Source: an uncultured delta proteobacterium
GTDB taxonomy: Bacteria > Desulfobacterota > RBG-13-43-22
NCBI GenBank assembly: GCA_963843145.1
Contig: CAWJJC010000020.1
Location: forward strand, 448,001-512,000
Length of the DNA: 64,000 bases
Direction of reading: 5' to 3'
The number at the start of each line of letters is the position of its first letter. The stretch's first letter is position 1. This document shows positions 1 through 9,533 of this stretch, one piece after another. The notes beneath the pieces were generated by a model. The model worked only from the letters and a program-made list of their open reading frames with translations, made no database searches and had not been told where the DNA came from. The position numbers and the translations under genes were made by a program.

Positions 1-232
1 TCTCCGCCAATTTGACCGGTTTGCGGGACAGGGCCGTACGTTCGAACAGCATGGACTGGATTTTCTTGTCCAAAGTGCGCGTATTCCATCCCTCGATCCG
101 GCACATTTCGGCGTAGAATTCACGTTTCAGAGGATCGTCAAGATAAATGAGCGATTTAAAGTGGGTCCAGGTTAATTGTCTCCGCAGTGCGGAGACAATC
201 TCCAGATGAGGAAACGCTTCTGCAAACCGCAT
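1..232 (-). pseudogene. YhcG/DUF1016 (PDDEXK nuclease family) fragment, 5'-truncated, running off the window start
   Basis: Manual translation MRFAEAFPHLEIVSALRRQLTWTHFKSLIYLDDPLKREFYAEMCRIEGWNTRTLDKKIQSMLFERTALSRKP matches the DUF1016 N-terminal motifs. The upstream in-frame sequence is unrelated and hits a stop at ~311, so the normal N-terminus is missing. Confidence 0.75.
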
Positions 233-385
233 CTTCTTTAAAAAAATGGGGTTTTGTCGGACTGCTTCGTTGTCCAGCCTTTCCGAATAAGGTTGCCAGT
301 CATGAAGAGTTTACCTGTCGACGAACAAGTTAAAGCATAACAACAAGTTAAAGTCAATGAAAGATTCGTTATCAGAAATCCAAAA

Positions 386-712
386 ATAGCGGTTGCGATA
401 TTTCCGTTTTTCCCGGATCCGTTGACCGCTCGCTTCGGATAATGAATGCTCTTCTTACGGCTATGGCCAAACGGGGATATTTGGTGCCAGTGGATATGTT
501 AAATCATTCATTCGCGGTAAAGGTATTGGATGAACAGATTAACTTTCGCCTGGCATGAAAGTCAAAATCTTCGAGCTTTCATAGATGCAACTAAGGAGAA
601 ATACTTCCCTATCGATCCCGACGGTGAGCTGGCCAAATGGTTAATATGGGCCAGCCGGCAAGCAGATCATCTGGATCCCTTAAATAGTCAATCCAGGTTT
701 CAAATCCCATAG
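386..712 (+). pseudogene. internally deleted remnant of a conserved hypothetical protein typical of mobile regions
   Basis: One frame reads CDISVFPGSVDRSLRIMNALLTAMAKRGY...EQINFRL. A second frame from ~548 reads AWHESQNLRAFIDA...WLIWASRQADHLDPL. These resemble the N- and C-terminal motifs of one family joined out of frame. Confidence 0.5.
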
Positions 713-851
713 ACCTCCTCAAAGGGCATACCACCGGATGGGGACGGTTAATGGGGGTCTTCCTTCGACTTGATTTTTTTGAGGTTTTTCGTTATCCTTT
801 CTAATAGACATCCTGAAGAATAGAAATTTTACCGTAAAGGGAGATTCGTTC

Positions 852-1436
852 ATGAAAAGAAACTTGATCTGGATAGTTCTGATAATTGGAGTGCTGAGTC
901 TCTACGGCTGCGGGTACAACACCATTCAGCAGAACGAGGAGGCGGTCAAGGCCGCCTGGGGGGACGTGGAATCCTCCTACCAGCGCCGGAATGATCTGGT
1001 CCCCAACCTGGTGGAAACCGTCAAGGGCTACGCCAAGCAGGAAAAGGATACCTTGATCGCCGTCACCGAGGCCCGGGCCAAGGTGGGCAGTATTAAGGTG
1101 GATAAGGGCCTCATCGAGGACCCTAACGCCATGGCGCAGTTTCAGGGCGCCCAGGCATCCATGAGCAGCGCTTTGTCTCGCTTAATGGTGGTGGTGGAAA
1201 AATACCCGGACTTAAAATCAAACCAGAATTTTCTGGACCTCCAGCACCAACTGGAGGGCACGGAAAACCGCATCAACGTGGCCCGGGGGAAATACAACAA
1301 GACCGTGGAGATTTTTAACACCTCCATCCGGACCTTTCCCAACAGCCTGACCAATAGCATTTTGCTGAAGCTGAAATTAAAAGAACCATTCAAAGCCGAG
1401 GCCGGGGCGGAGAAAGCCCCCCAGGTAAAGTTTTAA
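852..1436 (+). CDS. lemA: LemA family protein (lipoprotein-like N-terminus)
   Basis: GCGYNTIQ, YQRRNDLVPNLVETVKGYA, YPDLKSNQNF, LEGTENRI motifs; SD AAGGGAG upstream. Confidence 0.95.
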   Translation: MKRNLIWIVLIIGVLSLYGCGYNTIQQNEEAVKAAWGDVESSYQRRNDLVPNLVETVKGYAKQEKDTLIAVTEARAKVGSIKVDKGLIEDPNAMAQFQGAQASMSSALSRLMVVVEKYPDLKSNQNFLDLQHQLEGTENRINVARGKYNKTVEIFNTSIRTFPNSLTNSILLKLKLKEPFKAEAGAEKAPQVKF

Positions 1437-1472
1437 TAAGAATTCTTGGTTCGAACATAGGCTGAGAACTAC

Positions 1473-1500
1473 CTGGATCCCGGCTTTCGCCGGGATGACG
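1473..1500. repeat. REP-like palindrome CTGGATCCCGGCTTTCGCCGGGATGACG
   Basis: 8-bp stem ATCCCGGC/GCCGGGAT with a TGACG tail; same family as the units at 20421-20538 and 47352-47470. Confidence 0.75.
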
Positions 1501-1549
1501 ACAAAAGACGGACCCCGTTCTTCCATCAGGGTCAATACACCTCATTATA

Positions 1550-2425
1550 ATGAAAAAAATCTGGTTTCTCATCTTGATTATCCTCCTGTTGCCCTACTAT
1601 TCTTGGGCTCTGGAGGTGCCGGCGCTTCAGGGGTATGTGAACGACTATGCCGGTCTGATCTCCCCGGAGGCCAAGGCCAAGCTGGAAAATGATCTCCGGG
1701 CCTTTGAACAGAGTGATTCGACCCAGGTGGTTATTCTGACCATCCCTTCCCTCGAAGGGGAAGACCTGGAAGGCTTCTCCATCCGGGTCGCCACCACCTG
1801 GAAGATCGGCCAGCAGACTAAAGACAACGGGGTGCTGCTGCTGGTAGCCAAGCAGGAGCGAAAAATCCGTATCGAGGTGGGCAAGGGGTTGGAAGGGGTC
1901 CTGACAGACCTGCTCTCCGGACGGATCATCGATCTGGTCATCAAGCCAAATTTCAAGCGAGGGGATTATAGCGGCGGTTTTGTCGCCGGAGTGGCCGCTA
2001 TCATCGACGCTACCCGCGGCGAATTCAAGGGCGACGCCCAGGGGCCGTCGGCCCAACATAAAAAAGGGGCGCCTTCTTTTTTTACCTTGCTCCTTTTTTT
2101 AGGGATCCTCTTACTTTTTCTGGGCAGCCTGTCCCGTATTTTAGGTGGAATAACCGGCGCCGCCGGACTGCCCTTGATCACCAACCTGGGACTATTCCCG
2201 CTCGGGTTAACGGCCCTGATTATTCTAGGTCTGGTCGGGTTTGGTTTGGGGTTTCTACTGCCCGCCCTTTTTTCAGCCGGCCGAGGATCTTCCGGAGGCG
2301 GGCCCTGGTTCGGAGGCGGCTTCTTTGGATCCGGTGGCGGCTGGGGCGGGGGCGGTGATTCCGGCGGTGGGTTCAGCGGCGGCGGGGGCGACTTCGGCGG
2401 CGGCGGGGCCTCGGGGGGCTGGTAG
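1550..2425 (+). CDS. TPM domain (YgcG-like) membrane protein with Gly-rich tail
   Basis: Signal peptide, VNDYAGL, DNGVLLLVA, RIEVGKGLEGVLTD, TM helices, GGGDFGGGGASGGW end. Confidence 0.92.
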   Translation: MKKIWFLILIILLLPYYSWALEVPALQGYVNDYAGLISPEAKAKLENDLRAFEQSDSTQVVILTIPSLEGEDLEGFSIRVATTWKIGQQTKDNGVLLLVAKQERKIRIEVGKGLEGVLTDLLSGRIIDLVIKPNFKRGDYSGGFVAGVAAIIDATRGEFKGDAQGPSAQHKKGAPSFFTLLLFLGILLLFLGSLSRILGGITGAAGLPLITNLGLFPLGLTALIILGLVGFGLGFLLPALFSAGRGSSGGGPWFGGGFFGSGGGWGGGGDSGGGFSGGGGDFGGGGASGGW

Positions 2426-2483
2426 GGAAAACCGATCCTTGAGGCTGGATACGGAATGCGGGTTAACCAAGGGGAAATACTGA

Positions 2484-3119
2484 TTGAAGGCCGATAATTT
2501 TTTCAACCAACAGGAAAAGGAAGAGATCAGCCGGGCGATCAAGTCCATGGAAACACGGACCAGCGGTGAAATAGCGGTGATCCTGGTTGACCAGAGCGAT
2601 CCCTACCCCGAAGGAGAATTCCTGGGGGGGATTTTAATCGGAGGGCTGCTGGCCTTTGTGGCGGCGCTGTGGTTCTTTCACGGCCAGATCTGGTTTCTCG
2701 TCCCGCTCCACTTCCTTTTCTTTCTCCCCTTGTACCTCCTGTTCCAAAAAATCCCTTTCTTAAAAACACCCTTCCTCGGGGCCAGGAGAAAAGAGGCGGC
2801 GGTCAGAAGGAGGGCGTTACAGGCTTTCTACGAAAAGGGGCTGTATAGAACTCAGCAGCATACGGGCGTACTTTTTTTTCTTTCGCTCCTGGAAAGAAAA
2901 GTCTGGGTCCTGGCCGATAAGGGGATTTACGAAAAGATAAAACAGGAAACGCTGAATCAATTTGCGGGCCAGGTGTCGGCGGGAGTCAGGGACCGGCTGG
3001 CCGGGCGAGCCCTGGTCCAGGCCATCCAAGGAATAGGGAATCTCTTGGCCGAGCATTTTCCAATAACACCGGGGGATATCGACGAACTGCCCGATGAAGT
3101 AATGACCCTGGAAAACTAA
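2484..3119 (+). CDS. TPM domain membrane protein, third gene of the lemA operon
   Basis: ETRTSGEI, two TM helices, TGVLFFLSLLERKVWVLADKGI, DELPD; TTG start uncertain. Confidence 0.88.
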   Translation: MKADNFFNQQEKEEISRAIKSMETRTSGEIAVILVDQSDPYPEGEFLGGILIGGLLAFVAALWFFHGQIWFLVPLHFLFFLPLYLLFQKIPFLKTPFLGARRKEAAVRRRALQAFYEKGLYRTQQHTGVLFFLSLLERKVWVLADKGIYEKIKQETLNQFAGQVSAGVRDRLAGRALVQAIQGIGNLLAEHFPITPGDIDELPDEVMTLEN

Positions 3120-3241
3120 GCAAAAATTGGCAAACCGGCCTGGCGCGGCGGATCACGGCTCCACTGGATTTTATTGTCGGCTAAGGTCGCTCTGACGGTG
3201 GTTACGCGGTCGTTTTCCGGAGCTTCTTTTCTCTGCCGACG

Positions 3242-4738
3242 TCAGAGTGCGAGGTCGATTCCGGTGATGCAGGTTCCGGGGCGGACCGTTACCGTGCAAA
3301 CGGCGTTTGGCTTGTCCGCTGCACGGATTAGGTATTCATCCGCCGGCAGTTCCAGCCTTGAAAAGCGGTACCGTCCTGAAGAGTCGGTGCGGGTCTCGGC
3401 GATGAGCCGCTCGCCCTTGAATGCCCTGACGACCGCGCCCGGCACAGCATCGGATCCCTGGCGCACGGTCCCGCAGAGGGCCAAAACCTTGTTCCGGAGC
3501 GTCTCCAGGTAGCGAAGCCCGTGCCCGCTGTAGGCGTATCCCTGGGTGTACAGGTTCCCCGATGGACTATTATCGGTCCTGGTTGGACCGGAAGGATCCA
3601 GCGGTTCTATGGCCGTATCCTCGTTCCATTCGTTCCAACTGGTGATCAGAATCATATTCAGCCGGGGATCCACGAACCGAAATGCCGTCAGGTCGAACAG
3701 TTTGGCAAACAGGCTGGCTTCGCCTGCGCCCTCGCTCCATTCCCGTGGAATCGCGTAGTGATTCTCATTCAGCCGGACCCCGCGGTCGTTGTAGCCTGGA
3801 ATAATCTGCGGGACAAAGTAGACCGTGCCGTTCGAGGCCGAGAGGTACTCGGTGTACTTGGCGGCGACGTCTGAGACGTAGGTGCTGCGGGCGGCATAAC
3901 CCTTCTGGGATACGCTGCCGTTCTCATACATGTTGTACGAGGTGATGGCATCGAACAGGCGGAACCGGGTCGGCTGCGGGGTCTCTACCAGCGGGAAGGG
4001 AATCTGGCCGGGTCGGACTACCGGGGACACCTTCCAGAATACCTCGTCCCCGATCAGGAACAGGTCGTACCCCCGCGTCCGCATGGCGGAGCGCAAACGG
4101 ACGATGGCCTGCGCAAATGCGCCGCTGAAAGTTCTGGTCAGGTAAAGGAAGACGACGGGTCGCCCCCGGATACGCAGATAGGACGGATGGCTGAAACAGC
4201 GCGTCGCGATTCTTTCGAAGTCGGCGATCATCCGGGTCGTTTTGGCCTCGTCGAAGCGGATGGTTCCCAGCCTGGAGTCGAAACCCAGCGCCTGTGTTTC
4301 GTAGAAGACACAGAACTTGATGTCGGCGATATTCGGGGTCTGGTACAGGCTGTCGAGGAACGACTCGGTGCGTTCCGATTCACTCGACCACCAACCGATG
4401 GACAGGAAATCGATCCCGTATTCGGAGCACCAGGCGATATGGCGTCCGATCACCTTGGTGTCGGTTGACCGATACTCGCCCCCGGGAAAAGTCTGCTTGG
4501 GACGAAGGTGTTCGCGCAAATAGCCCTGCCGGAAATTACCCGGATACCAGATGTAATAATGGGCGCCCACAAGATACCGATCAGGCTGGATGACCGGAAG
4601 CGTTGCCGGCGGCGCGCTGATCCGTCGTTGTACGGTGTAATAAGCCAGTCCAACCAGGACGAAGGCCACCGCGATACCGGCGGCGGTCCAGATCCGGCGG
4701 CGACTGCCCCAAGCGGATAGTCTTTCTGCCGGGTTCAT
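3242..4738 (-). CDS. membrane-anchored glycoside hydrolase, GH99/GH71-like, with C-terminal carboxypeptidase-regulatory-like beta domain
   Basis: VGAHYYIWY, YGIDF, PGYNDR, ITSWNEWNEDTAIEP (ExxE/D catalytic motif); N-terminal TM segment. ATG at 4738 preferred over the ORF-track start 4942, whose extension lies on an IS91 remnant. Confidence 0.75.
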   Translation of the reverse strand: MNPAERLSAWGSRRRIWTAAGIAVAFVLVGLAYYTVQRRISAPPATLPVIQPDRYLVGAHYYIWYPGNFRQGYLREHLRPKQTFPGGEYRSTDTKVIGRHIAWCSEYGIDFLSIGWWSSESERTESFLDSLYQTPNIADIKFCVFYETQALGFDSRLGTIRFDEAKTTRMIADFERIATRCFSHPSYLRIRGRPVVFLYLTRTFSGAFAQAIVRLRSAMRTRGYDLFLIGDEVFWKVSPVVRPGQIPFPLVETPQPTRFRLFDAITSYNMYENGSVSQKGYAARSTYVSDVAAKYTEYLSASNGTVYFVPQIIPGYNDRGVRLNENHYAIPREWSEGAGEASLFAKLFDLTAFRFVDPRLNMILITSWNEWNEDTAIEPLDPSGPTRTDNSPSGNLYTQGYAYSGHGLRYLETLRNKVLALCGTVRQGSDAVPGAVVRAFKGERLIAETRTDSSGRYRFSRLELPADEYLIRAADKPNAVCTVTVRPGTCITGIDLAL

Positions 4739-4829
4739 GTCGACGCCTTCACGCAGAGCCGTGGCGGGCTGGCCGGGTCGAATCTGGCCAGGCTCTGGGC
4801 CCGAAGGGAGCGCCGGTCTTCCACGCCCC

Positions 4830-4982
4830 AGTAGGATAGACAGGACAGTAATTCTCCGCTCCCAGGACAACCGGCCAGAAAAAATCTTCGCGGCTATTGA
4901 ATGGCTGGCGGCCATGACCTCTTCTATCCCCGGCCAGAGCAATCAAATGATTCGTTAGCATGGTTTCTATAGTAATATCTCG
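4830..4982 (+). mobile_element. IS91-family (Y2) transposase remnant
   Basis: Reads VILRSQDNRPEKIFAAIEWLAAMTSSIPGQSNQMIR*HGFYSNIS, matching the IS91-type C-terminal motif (KVFDALEWLAAM..HIP...QMVRYYG.YSN) with TAG at 4956-4958. Confidence 0.7.
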
Positions 4983-5129
4983 TTGCGGATGACGGTGTTG
5001 GAATGGTCCAGGGTGTTGGTGCGAAACTCATCGGACTGGCCGACTCCCGCCGACCCCAAGACCTCAAACTTCCGGCCTCCTTTTATTAACAGTGTCATAA
5101 TTGTACTTACACGGGGTGTTTTCTTTTTA

Positions 5130-5338
5130 TCTCTCGCCCGCTTCGCTCGAGTTCGCCGAGGGCGCAGAGAAAGACCAAGTTGCTTTTTGAAAAATCGCTG
5201 AGACGCCGATTTTTCAAAAGAACTCACGCCTCCGGCGGGGTCTTATTCGCGGAGCGGGAGATTTTTTTTGATTGCCGGCCCCTCAGCGGCAATCAAAAAT
5301 TATTTATTCTCTGCGGTCTCGGTGTGCTCTGTGAGAGA
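5130..5338. repeat. nested palindromic (MITE/REP-like) intergenic element
   Basis: Outer arms ...GGCGCAGAGAA / TTCTCTGCGG... enclose two perfect 13-bp hairpins: TTTTGAAAAATCG/CGATTTTTCAAAA and TTTTTGATTGCCG/CGGCAATCAAAAA. Confidence 0.65.
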
Positions 5339-5403
5339 TCGTCTTTTGTCTTTGGTTGTGACTGGCGGCTTCAAGGAATCCTGTCAATATTATTTTGAGA
5401 CCG

Positions 5404-7470
5404 TTAATAAGTCCCGGGATTCCTTAGAACCTGAAAGCCCACATACTCTCGATCTTCAAAGAACTTCCTCAGATTCGGGGTTTGGGCAAAGGCCGTCAGA
5501 TACGTCTCCAGGGTGGGCAGGTCATATCTGGTTTTTTCCATAACGATCCAGTCCACCCGAATGACCGACAGGAAAGCCGCCAACTCCTTCCGGGTGATTG
5601 GTCGTTGCTTCCAAAAGGCCTCCACCCCGGGAAGCTTTCGGAAATAATCGAAGACGCTGTCATCGAGTTTCGAGGAGAAGCCTCCCACATTCCACTGCTG
5701 GTGAATTGTCTGATAAAAAAAGGTCCGGGTTTCCCGCTTCCCTTCCCAATGATCCCCGCTTTGGGTAAATAGCGGAAGGTCCAGCAAGACCCCCTCTCGT
5801 CCCTGCGCCCTTTCGGCCAGGGCCTGATAGACGGGGGGAATCCGATAATCCGTTATGGGGCCCTGCACCGGAAAAGGGAAGAGGGCCGTTTCGAAGGCGG
5901 TGACCAGCACCAGCCCCAAGTAGCACAAAACCTTGGCGCCGGGTGATATTTTCTTAAAAAAATCTTTTATGATCAGGCAGCCGATCACTAGGCTGAAAAG
6001 GGTCAAGGGGATCAGAAACCGGGACAGGGTCCGGGTGCTTCCCAATAAGGGCAGGTTCGGGAGCAGGTATCCCGGAAGGACGAAATCGGTAAAGGTAATG
6101 CCGTGAAACTTTATATAAGGTCCGAGACAAAAAAAGAGAAATACCAGCCAGGCCAGGATCCATAGCCGCAAGGCCTCCCTTTTAAAAAAAAGGCTGATCC
6201 CGATAACTACCAGGATCATCCACAAATATCCAAAGAACCCGGGGGTCCCCCGCAGGGGCCCTCCCAGCTTCCAGTCCGCGGCGATTTTTTGGGATACACC
6301 CGACAGCCAGGGATGAAACGGGGCAAAGAAACTGGCCAGGTCCACGCTGAAGGTTTGAAAGTCGATCGGGAGGCTTTTCACGGCCGAGCGGGTACCCGGG
6401 TCGAGCAAGTAGGATTCCGTATAAGGGAAGGTCGTCAGGAGGGCCGTAGCCAGCACCAGCAGGCAAAGGATTAAAATGGTGGCCGCCTCTTTTCCTTTCG
6501 GAGGCCGCCATTCCAGCGAGCGGGGCCGCAGCCGTTTTGCCCAACCCAAACGGGCTGGAGATGCCTCCCATCCCGCTTTCCACCGCGCAACAAAAATATC
6601 CCCTATTATTAACAGAAAATAAATCCCCGCCAAGAACCCCAGAGCGATGGGGGTGCTAAACCAATCACCGATTTTCAACGTTTCCCAGGTTTCCTTGGAA
6701 AGCAAGGTCAGGGAAAAGAGCAGGCCGAAAATCAACCAGGCCAGCACGGTTCCGAGCCGGAACCCTCCGGGTTCCCCAGAAACTTCGATCGGCTTCACGG
6801 ACCAGGGAAAGAGCCGGTACAGAACCAGCACCGTGAGCCAGACCAGACCGAAAACAAAAAAATAGGGATAATTATAAACCGAAAGCCCCAGGAGGATTCC
6901 GGCGGCAATCCCCCAGTAATAGCGGCGGACTTCGAAGAGATGAAAGGAGGCCAAAACGAAAAATACAAACAGATAGGGTTCGATCAGACTTTGGGTCCCC
7001 TGGTAACTGGTCAGGATCGGTGAGTGTCCGAAGGCCAGGGCGCCGATAAAGGCCAGCCCGCTCAATCCGGTAAGCCTGAAAACCAAGGCATAGGCCGCCA
7101 GGGAATTTAGAAAAATGGACAGCCAGGTTATGGCGTTATGAAAGACCAGCAGGGGCACCCACGGCCTGACCAGGGTATAGAAAAGCCCGTCCAGGAAGGT
7201 ATAGGTGTGGTGGACCATGTTTATCCCCAGGGGATAAAGCATATGGTCGCTGTAAAAGGGGTTGCTTTTGAGGTCCAGCAGGGCATGGGCCGTCCACCAG
7301 ACATTCCAGGGGTACTGGGCCGTATCCATGGCATCTCCCACCAGGTGGGTGGTGAAATGGGGGAACAGATGGATAAAATTGACCGGAGACAGAACAAAAA
7401 GGAGAAAAATAAATAAGAGCTGAGCGGTTTTATTTAAACCCGGGAATGCCATGGAGGCCCAATGTATCAA
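5404..7470 (-). CDS. polytopic membrane protein, probable GT-C fold glycosyltransferase (YfhO/ArnT-like)
   Basis: Many TM helices; periplasmic loop GDAMDTAQYPWNVWW...NPFYSDHMLYPLG after TM1; soluble C-terminal domain with YQTIHQ..VGG. Start may be 7452. Confidence 0.6.
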   Translation of the reverse strand: MIHWASMAFPGLNKTAQLLFIFLLFVLSPVNFIHLFPHFTTHLVGDAMDTAQYPWNVWWTAHALLDLKSNPFYSDHMLYPLGINMVHHTYTFLDGLFYTLVRPWVPLLVFHNAITWLSIFLNSLAAYALVFRLTGLSGLAFIGALAFGHSPILTSYQGTQSLIEPYLFVFFVLASFHLFEVRRYYWGIAAGILLGLSVYNYPYFFVFGLVWLTVLVLYRLFPWSVKPIEVSGEPGGFRLGTVLAWLIFGLLFSLTLLSKETWETLKIGDWFSTPIALGFLAGIYFLLIIGDIFVARWKAGWEASPARLGWAKRLRPRSLEWRPPKGKEAATILILCLLVLATALLTTFPYTESYLLDPGTRSAVKSLPIDFQTFSVDLASFFAPFHPWLSGVSQKIAADWKLGGPLRGTPGFFGYLWMILVVIGISLFFKREALRLWILAWLVFLFFCLGPYIKFHGITFTDFVLPGYLLPNLPLLGSTRTLSRFLIPLTLFSLVIGCLIIKDFFKKISPGAKVLCYLGLVLVTAFETALFPFPVQGPITDYRIPPVYQALAERAQGREGVLLDLPLFTQSGDHWEGKRETRTFFYQTIHQQWNVGGFSSKLDDSVFDYFRKLPGVEAFWKQRPITRKELAAFLSVIRVDWIVMEKTRYDLPTLETYLTAFAQTPNLRKFFEDREYVGFQVLRNPGTY

Positions 7471-7480
7471 ATAAGATTTA

Positions 7481-7700
7481 TTATAACAAAGACTTTTTAC
7501 CGTCGCCTTTTCTCAGGTCATTTTCGGGAAAGTGAATCAGCATTTCCTGGACGAGGGCCGCCGCGAAATCCAGATCCCGGAGCGACACCGTTTCCACCAG
7601 TGAATGGGTATAGCGGCAGGGGAGGCAAATCGGCAGCACGCCCAGCCCCTGGCGAACCAGTTGCACGGCCGCCGCATCGGTTGACCCGCCGGTCACCCCA
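7481..7700 (-). pseudogene. C-terminal fragment of an M42 family aminopeptidase
   Basis: GGSTDAAAVQL...ICLPCRYTHSLVETVSLRDL matches the M42 C-terminus (GGTDA...P.RY.HS..E); most of the gene is missing. Confidence 0.75.
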
Positions 7701-7847
7701 TAAATTTTGGTAGTAACGCTATTGGTATACCTCAATTCTCTTAAATTTCAAACGGGCCATTTTACCTGTTTTTGACCCGTGAACCAATCTTTCGCCCATT
7801 CACGCCTGTCTTTGGGCGGGTCCTGGATCTTGGTGCGCGGTTCAAAG

Positions 7848-8107
7848 AAAGGGATTTGTTTTATGGCATCGATACCTTCGACTCATTGTGCCGGGATCTC
7901 GGCATAGCCCGCAATATTTTGGCTGTCCGATTGAAAAAATTGGGAGAAAGGGGATTAATCGATAAGCGGACTGGAGAGAAGGGGTCGCGGAGGCAGTCCT
8001 ATCGCCTCACGTCAAAAGCGATTGATATTCAGCCCCAAATAGGCCCCGGGGCGGCCAGGCTGGAGGCCCTGCCTCTCCCCTTACGGGCCGAGGAGGCCAT
8101 AAAATAA
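7848..8107 (+). pseudogene. HxlR-family winged-helix regulator, N-terminally truncated
   Basis: RDLFYGIDTFDSLCRDLGIARNILAVRLKKL...YRLT; lacks the usual N-terminal C...GD.W segment. Confidence 0.65.
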
Positions 8108-8148
8108 ATCGGCCCCGGTTTCAGGGCTCCTGACCCCGAAAATTTCAT

Positions 8149-8493
8149 TTACCGGCCGCAACATTTTTTATGTTTTTTCCCGCTGCCACACGGGCAAAGC
8201 TCGTTGCGTCCGACCTTCTTTTCAACCGTCACGGGCTCCAACGGATTCAGCAATCTTTCTAAATCGGTCGTATCCTCCGCCAGGTCCGGTTCCAATTCAA
8301 CGGCATACTTCCAGCCCTTGGCTTCACATAGGGCGGCCACCTCATTCTGCCTTTCTTTGGTCCGGACGCGCACTCGCGCGGGATTCTTTTCAGTACCCAG
8401 TTTGGCCGGCCGGTTAGCCTCAAAGGCTTTTTTCCGCGGCTCTCCCTCAAATGATTTTCCTGTTAATTTGCCCTCGTAGTTTATTTTGGCCAT
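8149..8493 (-). CDS. SEC-C motif protein (PBPRA1643-like)
   Basis: KLGTEKNPA...[11 protein letters not shown] and C-terminal [20 protein letters not shown]. Confidence 0.85.
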   Translation of the reverse strand: MAKINYEGKLTGKSFEGEPRKKAFEANRPAKLGTEKNPARVRVRTKERQNEVAALCEAKGWKYAVELEPDLAEDTTDLERLLNPLEPVTVEKKVGRNELCPCGSGKKHKKCCGR

Positions 8494-8543
8494 CGTTTCC
8501 TCATTTTAAAATTTCTAGGCGGATTGATCCGCCTGATCCCCTT

Positions 8544-9038
8544 TCACCTCGATGGAGTTTGGGGACAGACGATTTTTATTAAATTTTCTGAAACGGACTC
8601 CGGATACAAATCCTGCGGGGGGCGACGATGCGGATTTGGGGGGATGACACAGGGCACTTCGGAGTGATGCACCAGCCGGCCGTCCTGGTCATAATCGGCG
8701 GATCTCAACAAGGTATCGCTACGATTTCGGCATTCAATCTGATGACGGGTGATGGTATACGCGCCTAGTTGAAGCCCTGCCTTCCCGTCCTGGCTGCTTC
8801 GGAGGCTCTTCTTTCTGCCCTCTCCTTCCTCGAAGTCATATTTGATGGTTTTGGTGCTCAATCTGACGATTTCCGGAGAGGGGTAGGCAACGCTCCCTCG
8901 ATCGTAATACTCCTCAATTCTTCCGTCCATACTGATGGCAAACAAAACCCAATCCTCTCCGAAAGCCTTTGGTAAGGGCATCCCCACGAATAGAACGGCC
9001 ATGATTAAACCTATTTTATTCATTGAGGCTCTGCTCAT
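8544..9038 (-). CDS. secreted hypothetical protein (surface-adhesin E-like)
   Basis: Signal peptide, DW..., YYDRGS, IEC, PES..E.L...VC pattern. Confidence 0.55.
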   Translation of the reverse strand: MSRASMNKIGLIMAVLFVGMPLPKAFGEDWVLFAISMDGRIEEYYDRGSVAYPSPEIVRLSTKTIKYDFEEGEGRKKSLRSSQDGKAGLQLGAYTITRHQIECRNRSDTLLRSADYDQDGRLVHHSEVPCVIPPNPHRRPPQDLYPESVSENLIKIVCPQTPSR

Positions 9039-9153
9039 GTCTTGATCTGGTCATAAAAAACCTGGTGGAACCCGGAGACTTTCTCGAGTAGTATTATATC
9101 GTATTTTTCAATTAACAGGGAAAAGTTATTATTAATAAAGGAGCTGTCCTGCC

Positions 9154-9468
9154 TTGGATATAATCGTCATCCTGATCATTGTCTTTATCGCCTTTGAGTT
9201 CCTGGAGCATGTGGTTTTTCCGCTAATCTGGGTACTGCTTCAACGAAGGAAGAAGCCCGTCACCGGCCCCTCCGCCCTGGAGGGACGAATCGCGGAGGTA
9301 CTCGAATGGCGGCAAAAAGAAGGTTATGTCTTCGTCAATGGAGAGCAGTGGAAAGCGAACAGCGAGAAGCCCTTGACCCGGGGAGATCAGGTGGTTATTG
9401 AAAAGGTCGAGGGGTTGACTTTGACAGTCAAAGCCGGAGACACTACCGGGTACAGGACCTTGAAATAA
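9154..9468 (+). CDS. NfeD family C-terminal OB-fold protein
   Basis: N-terminal TM; GYVFVNGEQWKA; VVIEKVEGLTLTV. Confidence 0.85.
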   Translation: MDIIVILIIVFIAFEFLEHVVFPLIWVLLQRRKKPVTGPSALEGRIAEVLEWRQKEGYVFVNGEQWKANSEKPLTRGDQVVIEKVEGLTLTVKAGDTTGYRTLK

Positions 9469-9492
9469 TTTATTTTCTAGGCTATGGAACAG

Positions 9493-9520
9493 CCGGGGCG
9501 GGCCGTTAAGCCCGCCCCGG
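9493..9520. terminator. hairpin between convergent nfeD and hcrA, probable terminator
   Basis: Perfect 11-bp stem CCGGGGCGGGC/GCCCGCCCCGG with 6-nt loop. Confidence 0.7.
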
Positions 9521-9533
9521 GTATCGGGGAGGA

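Noticed and set aside
324-353. 12-bp direct repeat AACAAGTTAAAG x2
   Set aside because: Only two copies in decayed DNA; no support for an iteron or att site.
852-3119. lemA-TPM-TPM operon as novel
   Set aside because: Widespread conserved operon; nothing unusual seen here.
4739-4942. N-terminal extension of the GH99-like ORF (and of ORFs starting 16044, 25458, 34873)
   Set aside because: The extensions overlap an IS remnant, intergenic DNA or the upstream gene; downstream ATGs have better RBSs.
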